A stretch of 62,800 bases of DNA, filler included, from Sphacelaria rigidula (GCA_964200075.2; 9 parts of 9 records of this genome joined end to end with filler, not necessarily neighbours in it), one strand, 5' to 3'; positions 40,045 through 53,641 are shown, counted from the whole stretch's first letter. Notes: generated by a model not told the origin, from the sequence alone. Numbers and translations are program-made.

Positions 40045-40751
40045 CTTGACAAGCAAAGCCAAGCAGACCAAATAGGTAGGTAGGTAGATAGGTGGGTAGG
40101 CAGACAGGAAAGCAAAATACAAGGGTAAGAACGAGCGCCAGAGAAACAGCGAGTCAACTTCGGGGCGAGGATTGCAATTCAAACAAATCAGAGAACAAAG
40201 CCATACACAGCAAAGGTGAACTCTGTAGAGCAACCCGGCTGAAATTCGAGTATTCAACATGTGTATAGAAAAGGTTTTAATCGGCAACTACTCTTCCGGA
40301 CCACACTAGAGTGTTCGAAACAAGGCTCGAAACCCTGCAGAACCACCCCGGAATACTCGGTATAATGTTCGGTGTGGTTCAGTATGCGAACCAAAAATCC
40401 CGCACGTCCGGGTATACCCTAAACTAAACGACCTTGAAGGGAAGGGTATATCAAATCGGAACGAGAGACGAGGACCAACAAAGTTCGGGGAGGGGGGGAG
40501 CGGCCAGATGGACAACAGGAGACAACGCTGACCGTATACAATGAACAGAACAACAACAAAACGAAAAAAAACATACGAAGGAACAGAGACACAGAGGAAA
40601 GAAATATATAAAACACGCGCAACCAAAAGCCAACACAAACACGCACACACATGACAAAACTGATGACGGAAGAGAAAAAACAAACAAGTTTACGACACAA
40701 AACACGCGTAGCACGAATGTGAATGGTAATATTATTGCAAAGATATCTCAC

Positions 40752-40808
40752 CTCATCAAGTAAGGCGGTGACGTCAGCAGACAAATCTTCCACCTCCATC
40801 GGGTCCTC
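40752..40808 (-). CDS. UBA1: E1 exon
   Basis: CAG/GT, phase 0-0, EDPMEVEDLSADVTALLDE. Confidence 0.8.
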
Positions 40809-41223
40809 CTGGCAAAAAACACGTTTCGTTTTCAACGAAGCAAGTACAAGTAACAAACCGATCCCCACGTGAGACTTTTCACAGGCCATAGTCCAGGCAG
40901 AGAGAAGTTATCACAAACCTCCGTCACTCGCACCTGCCCAGGCGCACACCACCATGGCCTCGTACGATGCGCCCTATATCACACTACACTACACTGCACT
41001 ACACGATACGAGACAAGCCTGGGGACAACAGACCTAAAACGCCAATGACATATTGTCACCCTGACCCCCACAACATGAAAAAACTTCTACAGAAAACGAA
41101 AAAATGCGGACAAAACACAACGCGAAATAACAGAAGAAAAAAAATCCCCCACCCCTGTGGCATGCAAGATCATGAGTCCCCCCCCCCCCCCTTCCCGTCG
41201 ACACCAAGTGTCATTACTCTCAC

Positions 41224-41348
41224 CTCTCGAGCCGCCTCCTCTTCTGCCTCTTTGGCAGGATCCTTGGGCTGCCCCTCGGTGAGGTCTATCTTTTCACCGG
41301 TAGGCTCCCACATAGGCACGTCGAACGTCGCTACCGCTTTTCGGACGA
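41224..41348 (-). CDS. UBA1: Ubiquitin-activating enzyme E1, first visible exon
   Basis: TAG acceptor, GT donor; VRKAVATFDVPMWEPTGEKIDLTEGQPKDPAKEAEEEAARE (cf. E1 VPEFTPKSGVKI). Confidence 0.8.
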
Positions 41349-41835
41349 CTACGGTTCAACAATCAACATCATCGGGGTGGTGGCAGGTAGACGAAGGACG
41401 TCGAAGGAAAATGGAATCAAAGGCAATAGAGGACAGCACAGTACCCGTTCACTGGATATGCAAGTTACATTCTCTTCTTTTCAACCACTAACCATGTGGA
41501 TATGCACGCGCACGTGTGGAGGAGCACGTTCCTGGGGTCCCGTAATTGCCGGTCCCGTACATATCAGCCACGTAAAGTCATTCCCCACGACCATATATTG
41601 GTAGCTGTTTGGTCGCAGACGAGAGAGACACTCTCCCAAGGACTACTATACCGATCTGAGTATGCTCGACGCTACATCCACGAACCTAGACTCAATCAAC
41701 GAGAGCACGAGAGCACCTACACAGTACCGGAGGTGCAAGCTATCAGCCAGTCATACATAGGGGGGGGGGGGGGGGGGGGGGGTGTCCGGCCAAAAAAGAA
41801 GATCGAAGTTAGGAAAAAAAGAAGCTGCAACTCCC

Positions 41836-41935
41836 NNNNNNNNNNNNNNNNNNNNNNNNNNNNNNNNNNNNNNNNNNNNTTAATTAATTAANNNNNNNNN
41901 NNNNNNNNNNNNNNNNNNNNNNNNNNNNNNNNNNN
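41836..41935. other. Artificial contig linker
   Basis: Same 100-bp block. Confidence 0.97.
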
Positions 41936-41949
41936 GGCCTCCTTTTTCG

Positions 41950-43400
41950 TCACTTTCTTCCCCCGCCTATTCCCTTGTCGAACAACCCCTTTTTCTGACC
42001 CCCCCCTCCCCCCTCCCCCCCCCCCCCCCCCTCTCCTCCAATGACGACAGAGTTAGCAATCTGATCGAGCAGTTCATTCTCGCACGACCCCAGGCGCCGA
42101 CAACTTTCGACAGCTAGGATGTTCAATTCGAAGCAACACTGGTGGACGGATGCGTATCCTTGGCTAGCGTAGAGTGCGCTTCCGCGCGCCTCAAATGCTG
42201 CGGCTGCAGAGCCGTCAATGTCAGAGTTTCCTCGTTGAAGGTGCCCCGCCGGCTTGGGATCGACGTGTGTGACCTCGATCAGGAGACCCTTCTTCCGATA
42301 GTAGTGTCTGATGGTGGCGTCGCGACCTCTCTGGCTGAAATGACGATGTCCCGTCCGCTGTTTCGATCTACAGTGAACGGGGAATCCTCCACCGTCGTCT
42401 TCACTCTCAGTCGCTCGAAACACGGGATTTTACAAATTGGGGATGGATGTTTTATGGGGGATGGAAACCCAGAGAATAATAATTTTCGTATCCGCACCAA
42501 ATCTTCCCTTGCTGGTAGCTATTGACAACTACTACACGCCATACAAATTTGGATTTCGATAACCGAAATATTGGGGTTCCAGCTGAAGAACCAATTTTGG
42601 GGGATTGGAGCGATCGGACGCCAAAATTGGTTTTTCACCTAGGACCCCGACATTTCGGTAATCGAAATCCAAATTTGTATGGCGTATAGTAGTTGTCAAT
42701 AGCTACCAGCAAGAAACAGAAACATCCTTCGAAGATTTGGTGTGGATACGAAGATTTGAATTCTCCGGGTTTCTCATCCCCAATAAAAGATCTATCCCCA
42801 ATTTGAAAAATCCCGTGTTTCGAGGAGTATCGCCATTACTTGGGCTAGCGGTCGGTGTTAGTTTACCTGGGCTCCCGCCCAAGGATAGATGCATGCACGA
42901 TGGGTGGCAACGTCTCCCGCGCTGAATGCTCAGCATTGCGTGGCCACCTAGGTTTCACTGCCGAGGATCTTCCTTTCTATCAAAACGTATCCCTGTGGTG
43001 GTATGGTTCTGGGGGCATCGTAAGGCTGGCCTTTCTGATCCACCAGCGCCTTGTTTCCGTTCACGCTGCGGTACCTGGCTGTTGCCTCAGGGACGGATCC
43101 ACCGCCAACAAAAGAGTCATTCGGACCCTATGGTGTACCGGTCGGCGGCAGATCGACTCGCTGTTGCGATATTGCCGAAGCGTCGGCCTTGTGCACCACC
43201 TTACTTTGAAAACGGTGGGAATTGGCACCTGGCGCTTCATCATGTTCAGTTAGGAGATCGGTGCTCGGAGGTGGAAGCGATTCGTCCGTAATAGTCCCGG
43301 GTGAGCCCACGGTGCTAGGCCTCGTGGTAACACCGCCGCTTGTTGGTCCGGGCTGCCCCTACAATGGTTGGCCGGCGCCCGGCGGGTCTTCCCCAATGAC
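41950..43400 (-). mobile_element. 3' part of non-LTR retrotransposon with restriction-like endonuclease (CRE/NeSL-type), decayed
   Basis: Degenerate C..C..H..C..H knuckle, RDIVI, LLIEVTHVDP..GSAAAAFEAR..YA..LAVES..RLG..ELLDQIA. Confidence 0.7.
42419..42819. mobile_element. MITE family D (AAC..GTT termini, long TIRs), TSD TCGA
   Basis: AACACGGGATTTT...AAAATCCCGTGTT; TCGA at 42415-42418 and 42820-42823; removal rejoins MAILLERLRVKTTVE. Confidence 0.92.
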
Positions 43401-43978
43401 TTGATCATGAGGGCATGGGGGGAAATGTGGGGTGCTTCAAATGGCCACTAACTACATTTTAACAGCCCATCCAGGTTGTAAAGAAAGTTGTTCAAGGATA
43501 GAGAGAGGTCAGATTGACCTGTTCCTTACAAGGTTGGGAATACAGCGCTTTCCTTGATACTAGCTTGTTCTATGGAGCAAGAGCAACCTTAGTGGTAGAC
43601 ACTACACAAGTAGACTAGGCTGGGGGAGGACGAGGCTGTAAACATTTCTCCCCTTCCTACCCTTCAACAATGGGACAAATGGATGATTCATGCTGTAGGA
43701 ATCACAATTGGGAAACATTTACGCGTGATTCATGCCGTGTAAGGCACAGCTGGGAAAAATATACCTTCGAGGGTGTACCGCATGAATAACGAGCAGGACT
43801 GTGCACGTTCCATGTAGTGTGGCACGAATCACGAGTCCAAAACATGTACGGATCATACTTCTTGTACGAATCACACGATTCATTCATGCAAAAGGTGGAG
43901 ACGATATTCATAATTTTATTCGTCCGACGTGTGAAAAAGTCTGAAACTATAGAGCATTTGCATTCATTCCATTAGACG

Positions 43979-44134
43979 TCAAGCGCAATCTAGCTTGATC
44001 AGCTCGTGTACACCATCACTAGTGGCAAACAACTCAAGCTCGTCCGGACTGCACTCCAGCCGACAGCAAATCGCCTCCTCCGTTGGGTGTCCCGCCAAGA
44101 GTGCCTGCACTTCCGCCACCGTGTATCGACTTCC
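43979..44134 (-). CDS. Putative terminal exon of an unknown gene
   Basis: CAG acceptor then GSRYTVAEVQALLAGHPTEEAICCRLECSPDELELFATSDGVHELIKLDCA-TGA; candidate upstream exon 44871-44916 ends in phase 0. Confidence 0.4.
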   Translation of the reverse strand, partial: GSRYTVAEVQALLAGHPTEEAICCRLECSPDELELFATSDGVHELIKLDCA

Positions 44135-47100
44135 CTGCATGTTTCAGGGGTCAGGAATACATGTACAAGTCAGACATCGGAATACCGTCCCCTCAGGCGA
44201 CAGTGTCGATACCAATATCAGGGGTCTGCACTCGTATATGCAAGACGTTTTGATCATCACATGAAGTGCATTTCCGTGCCTGCTTTAGTGACACCGAGTG
44301 CGAGCGAGGGAGCATCGAATATCTTACCACAAAGGTGGTTGGACTATTTGTATTATGATCTGTTGAAGACAACCATCGACGGACTTTGGTGGGTACACGG
44401 TGAGCACAAAACAGATGGCGTGATTTGGCTGTACGGCGCTCTAACGGTGGATAAAAGGTGGAATCAGACTTCCGGGTTTACCACGGGAACCGTAGGTAAG
44501 GTACCGTACCGAGTGGGTCGGTATCGGTAGAATATGAGATGTCCCAAATACCAGTACCGGGTACCTGCCTCACCCTCTATACCGATTTCGACACTGTGAT
44601 CCGGCAGTGCGGAGAAGCGTTTAGGGGCGTGTGTTAGCACTTTTTTCCGATCGAAAAAAACGGGGTGGTGGAATCGATTTGAGCGAAAATCGCTCATTTT
44701 GGCACAACGCCCTTACATGGGGATGGATTTTTGTGGTGAAACGTCAAATTTAACCAATCAGAGGCCCCTAGGTGAGGAATGGGCAGAATCTGGCACCAAT
44801 AAAATGCGACCTTCGTGGTGAATTATTTGGTGAAAAATGCTTGTGATTGGTTCGCACACTCGAGTCACACCTGTAGTGTACGCCGGGACGGATAGAACAG
44901 CAGCAGCGAAACGAAGCTGCAAGCAGACAACAAGCGGACAGCGAGGGGTACATTGCTGCCGCAGTAGGTCATCGCGATGCTCGTGTATCGGTATATCCCC
45001 ATCTTAGTATGGTTGGTTGTATCTTTCCGTGGCCCCGAGCGCTGGCGCCGATGCCAGCGGCAGCGGCCGCCATGCTGACGGGTGCAAGCAGTACCCTGGC
45101 GGTGCAGTAAATCCGAACTGTGCTGTGCGTTGCTCCTTTCATCGGAGCACGGGGTCTGGCCAAGCCGGTCAAGCGGTATATACTGGCGCTGGTTGTGTGT
45201 GTCTACCCAGCCATGTCCGCTATCGCGCAAGAGATGGGTCCGGGTAACATGAAGTTTTCAACAGGCCGTCAAGTGTGTAGACCGCACTACGTCCCGACTG
45301 ATACTACATTTTACACAGAGACGAACACAACCATACAGCACCTCATTCAATCTTAGCGGAGACCAAATCGTTTCCACAAGGTCTAAACACACCACAGAAC
45401 GGTACTATCTATAGCACATGAAAGCGGACGTGCGTGTGTTTGTGCTGCAGTACAGCGAGACAGGACATGTCCCATGTTTGACTTCTTTGGCTGGTTTTGA
45501 ACGGGTCCTCAGTGTTTGCCGGGTGCCGATTTTGAACGCTCGGCCAAAATCGCGCTTCGCGCAAATAATTCAACTCACTCCAAAATCACCTCCATGTATG
45601 GATCCTGTGTCTCATTTTTGTCGAGTTGGGTGCAAGCGGATTCTCAAGCTTTCGATGGAGAAAAGACAGTGAAAATCGTGAAACGGTACATGGTTACTCG
45701 TGTACAGTACAGACAGCCCGTATTGTCTGCACTGCTTGCAAGCAGTGTGTCTTGAGTGCGTGTGTGCGTGTTTCTTGAAGCTGGATTTTGAAGAGAAGCG
45801 GGCAGCGTGCAGTGCAGACAGCCCAGGACTATCAGTTCTCTCTGCTTACAATGCGACGTGAAAAGGACTTCCACAACGTGCAGCTTTGTACTGCCTGCAC
45901 TGTTTATGAGCGTGTACGCAACTCGGTTGCCCACCGTACCACGCGGTTCCGCCGCTGATCCCACCATTGAAGGAGATGCGCAAGTTTTCGCCAACAAAAA
46001 ATGAACAAGGCATACTCAACTACTGCAGTGCATCTACCCTTGTGCTCAACTCGTACTCGATGCTGCAGGGTCGCGGTGGTAGCTGAGAATGAGTTGGATG
46101 GAGTTTGCATGATTCTGTAAACGGGTATTATCTGGCGTGGTGATTTATAAGATAGAAGTCAAGTGCCGCTTCGTGCCTTTGAACCGCAAGTCTTCGAGCG
46201 AAAAGGCTTAGCTTTAGTGTTTTATAGTTTCCTCCACGCGCCACTAATTGCCAGTCTGAGCTGAAGCCTTCCAAGAACCGAAATGCGGTGGACCTATTAG
46301 ATCGAAAAAAAACGTACGCACTTCAGACTACACAATAATAGCTTCATTCGGACTCATTCAAACATGAAAACCAGGAAAAAGCTGGGTATATATCACTTGT
46401 GAAAACAAAACGTAACTGCTCCGACACCTTCTGGCCTTTGCGTAAGTTGGGACCAGCTGCTGCACCGTCGGGGAGTGCATCGCGTCCGGTATTTACCGGG
46501 TTTACCCCCGGTATTCACTGGGTTTCACATACCATGGTTTGCGTGGGTATCGTAGGTATGCGTTTTGAAAAAACGCGATTGAGCGGGTGCGGTAGGTATT
46601 GACATCTCGGAATACCGTGATATCGTGGGTATCGTAGGTATGAGACTTGAAAGTATCTGATCGAAGGGGATACGGTGGGTATTGACATCTCGAAATACCG
46701 CGGTATCGTAGGTATCGTAGGTATCGGGGGTATGACATTTACAAACACGCGATTAGACCGGTATCGGCAGGGTACAACATGTTCAAAATGCCAGTACCGG
46801 GTACCTACCTTACCTACGGTGCCTGTGGAGTTCACGTCATGTATATGTGTTATCTATCCTACTCCACTTTAATGATTGACCTATCTTCGCATCAGCGGTG
46901 ATTGACTACACCCAATAATTGCGTCTATCGCGCACGCAGGCACTTCAATGCTGTCACGTGTGGAATAAAAAAAGCATGTCGATAGTTTAGTATGCGGTCC
47001 ACGGTCGTGTGCACACCCACTCCTCCACTCCACCCTTCGATTACATTTACCTTGAGGCGTATCGGAATCTAGAACATGACCCCGAGCACGTAAACATAAA

Positions 47101-48824
47101 TACTACTCCATCAAGATCACCGCGCAGAACCACACTCGGAGCACATATCCGCATGTACGCACAGGAATATGCGAGGACAACTCGTTCCTCACCAGCTGCC
47201 CCCCTCGCTTGGGTGGAGGTAGGGGAGACACTCTTCCCGGCGTCAAAATCAGCTCCGTAGGCTCCGTCAATGCGGCGGATGCAACCGAAAGATCTGACCC
47301 GCTGTCAGTCTGGAACAACATCAAGCGTGAATGTAGGAAGTAGTGCAGAGGTCAGGATATGGTGCACGAGCCCGATTATGTGATATGTCGACTGTGAAAT
47401 GTAACTGCGTATACTTGTATACCAAAATTCATTCGGGTAAAACACGTACTTCATAGGCGGCAGTAACCTTGTCCTCCCCGCCCCCTACATGCCACAACAA
47501 CACACTTTCCGAAGCCGTGTGGACACGGCTTGAGGGTAAGCAACATGACCCGCTTGAATAACAAAATGTCCACCTTAGCAATGGTAGCAGCAGCAGCAGC
47601 AGCAGCAGCAGAGGCAGTACCACCGTCATCACTCTCCCCCTCTGCCTTAGTAGCAGCACACGTGGCAACGCCGTCCGCCGGTGTGGTGGCTTGATCATAT
47701 TGGTGCGCAGGCCAAACAACACGAGATGAATGATTGGGTCGCTTTTTCACCAACACCGGGTACTTGAACTGCCTTCGGAGTAACCCAGATGTCACCCCGA
47801 ATGAGCAAAACCTGCAGCAAATTACGAAAGACGCACAAGAGCAAATTTACCTTCATAATTTTTTACTTCGACGCCCGTATCGGTTGAAATACAATCCCCA
47901 AAATTGGCATAGACGCGATATATCTCGTCCAAAATCTCGCGAGAGAATGGCGGTCGTTTCAGTTCGACATCAGCCCTGAATGCTTGAATAAATAGCCCGC
48001 AAGCCGGGCGTCAAACGGATCGACAACAAGTTGCGGCAGTCTGTTCACAGGGGACGTTTGTTCGAGTTTGGCGCTTTGCAAAATTCGCAGCGCTGTCCAT
48101 CGGGCACCAAAAATTATCATTCACCTTTCTTGGGGTCATCATTCGCCATCAACTAGTCTGATGAAAAATATCCCTGGAAAAAAGGTGTTTGAACTTGCCC
48201 CGAAATCAGTGTACTCACATAAAAGGGTCCACGAATTTATACGAGCCGGAGCTCAGCATCACTAAATAGAGATATTTGGGAGTATGCTCGCTGATGCACA
48301 TTGCGTATACTTGGGGATTGGGCGACGAGAAACAAGTGGCTCTGCGGGTGGCAGGCTGCAGAATTTTCTTGGGCCAGATAATCATCCAAGTACGCCACAC
48401 AACAAGCAAGGGACATATGAAAACACAATCAAGAGTGTGTTGACAGATATGCGGCGCCTTAAACAAGTACTGGCATGTATGTTAGATCGGCGCCATATCA
48501 CTTAATTTCTATTGAAGGCCAGAATGGGAGAGTAAACGATCGATGCTACCATGAGTCCGAGGAACTAAGCTGTCATAAATGGAGAGCCCCCTGATGTGAA
48601 GTCGGTTCGAATGATGGAAAATATATCTTCGGACGCGGAGAAACGATATACGCTGTGCCAAGAGATTTACCGGAATTGAGCGTCAGTCGGAGAACCTCCA
48701 CTGGTGTCGTGACAACGTTTTATTTTATTTTTCAGTTGCTGCACTTTGAAACCCCCCCGCCGCCACACGGTGGGCGTCAGCGGGGTGGGCCGACTCTCCA
48801 AAAAAAAAAAACAAAAACCAAACA

Positions 48825-48924
48825 NNNNNNNNNNNNNNNNNNNNNNNNNNNNNNNNNNNNNNNNNNNNTTAATTAATTAANNNNNNNNNNNNNNNNNNNN
48901 NNNNNNNNNNNNNNNNNNNNNNNN
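48825..48924. other. Artificial contig linker
   Basis: Same 100-bp block. Confidence 0.97.
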
Positions 48925-51665
48925 GTAGTGTCAGATGTGAGGTGTAGAAATCATTTGGTATCTGTACACCAGCTCCATCGACCAGGCAGCAGTTGTGACG
49001 AAGAAGCAAGTGCATCTTGTGGGCGCAGCGGGCGCTGTTGCCTGTTTGGTTCCTGTATGTGTCCTGTCGCTCTGTCTGTGCGCTGGTCTACCCGCTAGCG
49101 AGTTCGAACCGCGGCCGAAATCTTGGTGTTTCCTCCGCCAGCTAAAATCAAGCGACATACGCCCTGAACGAATTGTGCTAGTAGTAGTCAATGCCCTCTA
49201 TTCCGTGAGCGAAAACGAATAACGCATAGCGGTCTCAGTTGATACGCATCTTCCACGCATATAACTATATGGTGATTCCCCATGACGTGAGTAATATTGG
49301 TAAACGATAACCCCGGGACGAGATTTCCTGTTGTTCGTTGGTCACGGATGCGAAAGGGGCTGTATATACCGATTTCGCGCGTTCAGCTAGCGATTGCATT
49401 CGGTAAATCGCGCCCGATGGGTCATTCAGGCAAATGAGGATGAGTCTAACTCGAGTCTTGGTTGATTCCAGTTATTGAGGAACGAGGCTGGCTGAAGTCC
49501 GATGGCTCGTCTGAAGAACTGAAAAGGGAGCCTGTGCCATTTATAGCAATAAAAAATCGGTGATGACTTACTTTCGCATGCAGCACTTGCGAGAAAAGAG
49601 ATTGTTGAATGTGGCGAAATTTAACGTACAGACTATACCGAAGAGGGTGAAGGAACAACAATATTTATCCATTCGGTGTTTTCGGCGGCCACAGTGTTGA
49701 AACCTTGTATCGTATTTTCGGGAATCAACTTGGACGTCTGCACAGTTGTGGTTAATTTTTATGTCTTGAAGTTGCCTCGCGCCAAGTTGCGCACCCGGAT
49801 ACCATGCGAAAGCAAAAACGAGATACCAGAATACAATGTGAAACATTAAAGATGAGAAGGGACAACTCACGATCCTGCGATCATACCTGCCAACGGAAGC
49901 TCGGCTAAGTTTCGTTGACACTGACCGGGATCCGATAGTTCAAGATGGCCTGATGTTCAGGAGACATCCCGAATAGTATCTTCGAACTCGGGACCGTTCT
50001 TAACGATGGACATAGGATCACTTTTCCCACTAGTGGACATTTTCCATGCGTGTCCATTTTTTCTTTCGTTGGGAAATGTGCACGACTTGTTTTACGTGGC
50101 AATGTTAGTTTCCGTTTCTCAATTCGGAAAGTGGACCCTCCCCAGAAATTCGCCAGTGCTGCTTTTTCATATAGCTTGAGACACGATACGTCTGCAATGC
50201 ATCTAGACATGATTTTACTGTTCTCGGGGATGATCATGATTACTGGGTGCTTGCGCCGCTGTAAGGCACCGTTTGGTGAGGGGTAGAATATAGGTACCCA
50301 CACCAAGACGTTTTAGCGTGTAACTGTCGCTTTTTCAAATCTCCTAGTTGAGAGCGGAAACGCGGAATTTCGTTCTGAACGTACTGACAAGGCTAAGAAT
50401 GGGCCCGATGAAGGCGAGTCTGTTTCAGGTCCTGGGGCCACCAATTGTTTGAATCACGCGAGGGACTCGGATTCCACGAGTCGTCTGTTTTGTATTGTTG
50501 TGTGACTTCAACGAGTCCAAGTTTCACGAGTCAAACAGGGACTCAACGGATGCGTGGCTGATTTGTGTTCCGCCATTTTCGGCTGTCTCCCACCTCAAAC
50601 GTAAGTCGAGTACTTTCATACACAGACAGTCTCCTTGGAGTGTAGTAGTGGAATGATGGTGGACCTCGATTGAAAACCATGTCTTTGCATGCGAGGCTTT
50701 TTGCGTCGCCGGTCGTTTGTGTGCTCACATGTGCAAATATTTACATCAACTATCGTTTGGTTGACTTGATGTTAAACTTGACCAACAGTGACAACGCTGT
50801 CGCAGACCGCAGTATACTTTCACCATAGTCGGAAACGAAAAATAACCCCGTCAAAAACCGCACCTCTTGCTCCAAAGTCGTTCATGTAGGCCGCCAATAT
50901 GAAAGTCATGCGACGTTCGAGAAAGTCGTCCTGTTCTCTCGTGTACATGATCTTGTTTGGGTAGTTCGTTTCTAACTGGACGCAACAGCTGATATGTCTG
51001 GGGAATCGTTTCTGCTCTGTATTGTACGTGTCTGGAATTCCCTGTTCGCTTCTGTGACGAAAAGAGATGTGTGGAGGCGACAGTGTTGGCCGGCTAGCGA
51101 CGTGAGGTATTGCTGTACCTTGTTTCGATCAAGTCAACAATCTCCGCACGTTTGCTGCGGAATTTGTGGATTTTTCTTGCTCCTCCGCTTAATTCTTGGG
51201 GTTTTCGTGCGTTCTTTGCGCTTCAACTCTTCAGGGCCTGGGGCTCCCATAACACACTTTTAAAACGGCGCTTATGTTGTATCTTTTCGGCTGATGGTGC
51301 ACTGAACAAAATATCTGCAGAGGCCGAGAGAGCAGCGACCAAACTCGATGGTTTTCATATTTTCCGTCACATTTTCAGCCCTTCTTTTTCCCTGACGACA
51401 CAAGTCGATAGCCAATAGGAACCGAGTTATCCCTCCCCTGGTACTACTCAACATCTTGGAATCGCGAGTTGGACAAATTCTCCCGCACGCCATTGTGTCT
51501 CGTGAATTTGCTTCGATACTCGCGTCCTCGCGCTTCCCCTGCTTCAGCAATTCATGCGCGAACAAGCGTACGTCACAGAGGATGTCCTGAATTCAATGGA
51601 CATATAGTATACCGATCAAGTTCGGACAACCACATGAGGCGCCAGTGGATGGAAATGGAAAGTAA

Positions 51666-51924
51666 GAGCGATGCTACGGTGGTGGTGCACAAATATTTTC
51701 TGAGGGTAAAATTGTTAGGAGCCCTTGATCTCGTGCAAAACACTACTTACGAAAATATGTGAAAGTACGCCAGGATTACTATTCCAATGTGCTGGGGATA
51801 TCCCGACTGAATTTGCAATCGGGGATGCCCTGACCCATATTCTTGTGCATCTAGAATCGTTAGGAGCCCCTGAACCAGACGAGATTTCGCGCAAAACGTG
51901 CACCCCTACCGTAGAGCATTGCTC
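51666..51924 (+). mobile_element. MITE family A, TSD GTAA
   Basis: GAGCGATGCTACGGT...ACCGTAGAGCATTGCTC, 259 bp; GTAA on both sides. Confidence 0.93.
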
Positions 51925-53641
51925 GTAAGCGAGAAAAACAATGCAATTGGTCGATGCAACCGTACGTTCGCGGACCCATACGGCTGAGACCACAGTGGTC
52001 ACTCATGCCGTGCGCATTCGGGGTGAATGATTTGGGTCAGACCAAGCTTAGTCGTCAAGACACCGGTCTCAACTCACGCATTTTAGGAGGCGGATCGCAG
52101 TCCTCGCACAAACGCACAGCACGAGAAACACCATGTATTTCAGCTCGAGTAAGGTCTAGGGAGGCGCACTGAAGCCGTCTGGCGCAGAGATTGTTTCGCC
52201 TGATACACCCGCTTATTGCCCATTACAAATACAACGACCAAACTCATCACTTTCAACCCGTGAAATATTTCTTCATCCCCACTTGAGTCTATGTAACAAA
52301 ACCGAACAGAACATCTGGTACCGTTCTCTACAAACACAACACCTACAGTGAAGACCCCACGCTCGATGTGTTTTTCGATGGGTGGTATGTCCATGGTAGA
52401 TGGGAGAAGGTAACGAAGGGATAACAGGAGCTTCTCTCACTTTTCGCAGATTATGATTCGTAGGGGATGTATGTGTAGTGGAAGGGGTTTCAACTTGGTG
52501 ATTGTGGAGTATGACACATGCCGGGCATATGGTCGGCGAAAGAGGTGATTTCTTGCACCTGCGACAACACTACTTGCGGCCCCTCCGTTCGCTTTTGTCG
52601 GGCGATTTCCCGTCCTTGTTGATCATCATTTCCCTCAATCATTGCGCTTCACATATGAACCGATCAGAACCACAGGGTCGCCCCACAAGGCATTGTTATT
52701 GTACTGGAAATTGTAAAATGTGACGGTACGTCATGGCCAAGTGATGTTGATTTACGGTGACATTGCTTTTACCATGTATACCGCATTTGCGCACCAGAAA
52801 CAGTGCTCTAAAACTGTCGCGTAACGGTACCGCTGTGCAACGGAGGAAATTTAATGTTGACGACCTACCCACTGATTTTATTATTAGAACAGAGGCGCCA
52901 GGAATCAACGTTGGCTATGCGACGATTGCGCCGCGTCTTCGTAAGAGACAACTTGGTAGAGCCGGATGTTCCTTTGACGTGGGACAACGCAGATGAAGCG
53001 TACACAATCCCGGCAGCAAAAGTTGACTGCTCTACAACCAAGAGGCCGTGTTGCCTAGACCAATTTTGACGGAATGACTGCATCGTTACTAAGTGTGCAT
53101 ACGTGCGAACTATGACTAGTTCTAACGATGTTACGAGCTCTGGACCGGAGCAAATCATGCTCGTGAATGCTTTGTTTGTCGGAATGGATGCTGCTTGTCG
53201 GGTGCGGAGTAGGAGCAAAGAAGAACGCACACAAATGATAAGTCGAACATGGTGTGCTCGGAAAGCATACGACATGCACCGGAATCCCTAGCCCTCCTGC
53301 CATAGCCCAAGACTTACCCATGCCCAGCTGGCAAAGATACGCCAGTGTAACCGCAATCTGCGCAATCTGTTCATTGTTGACGTATTTTCGCTTGTGCTGC
53401 TGGGACAGAGCGACTTCCCCCCCCTTAGGCCAACTGCGGTGCATTACCTTCACCCCCTGTATCTTGCAGTAGCACCGCCCCTCCCCTTCCCGCGCGAGCA
53501 GATTGGTGCAGACGACTGCTGCACACACACTGTTCAAACTGGTGGTGTAGGCCGCACTTGTCGCAGACAACATGCGTCGACCAACTTTTGGGGTGGTCTC
53601 TGACGGCCGAAACTGGGGTTCGTACTCTTCAAGTGGTGACA

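Noticed and set aside
27206-41348. RPE and E1 as neighbouring genes or a cluster
   Set aside because: They lie on different contigs separated by two linkers.
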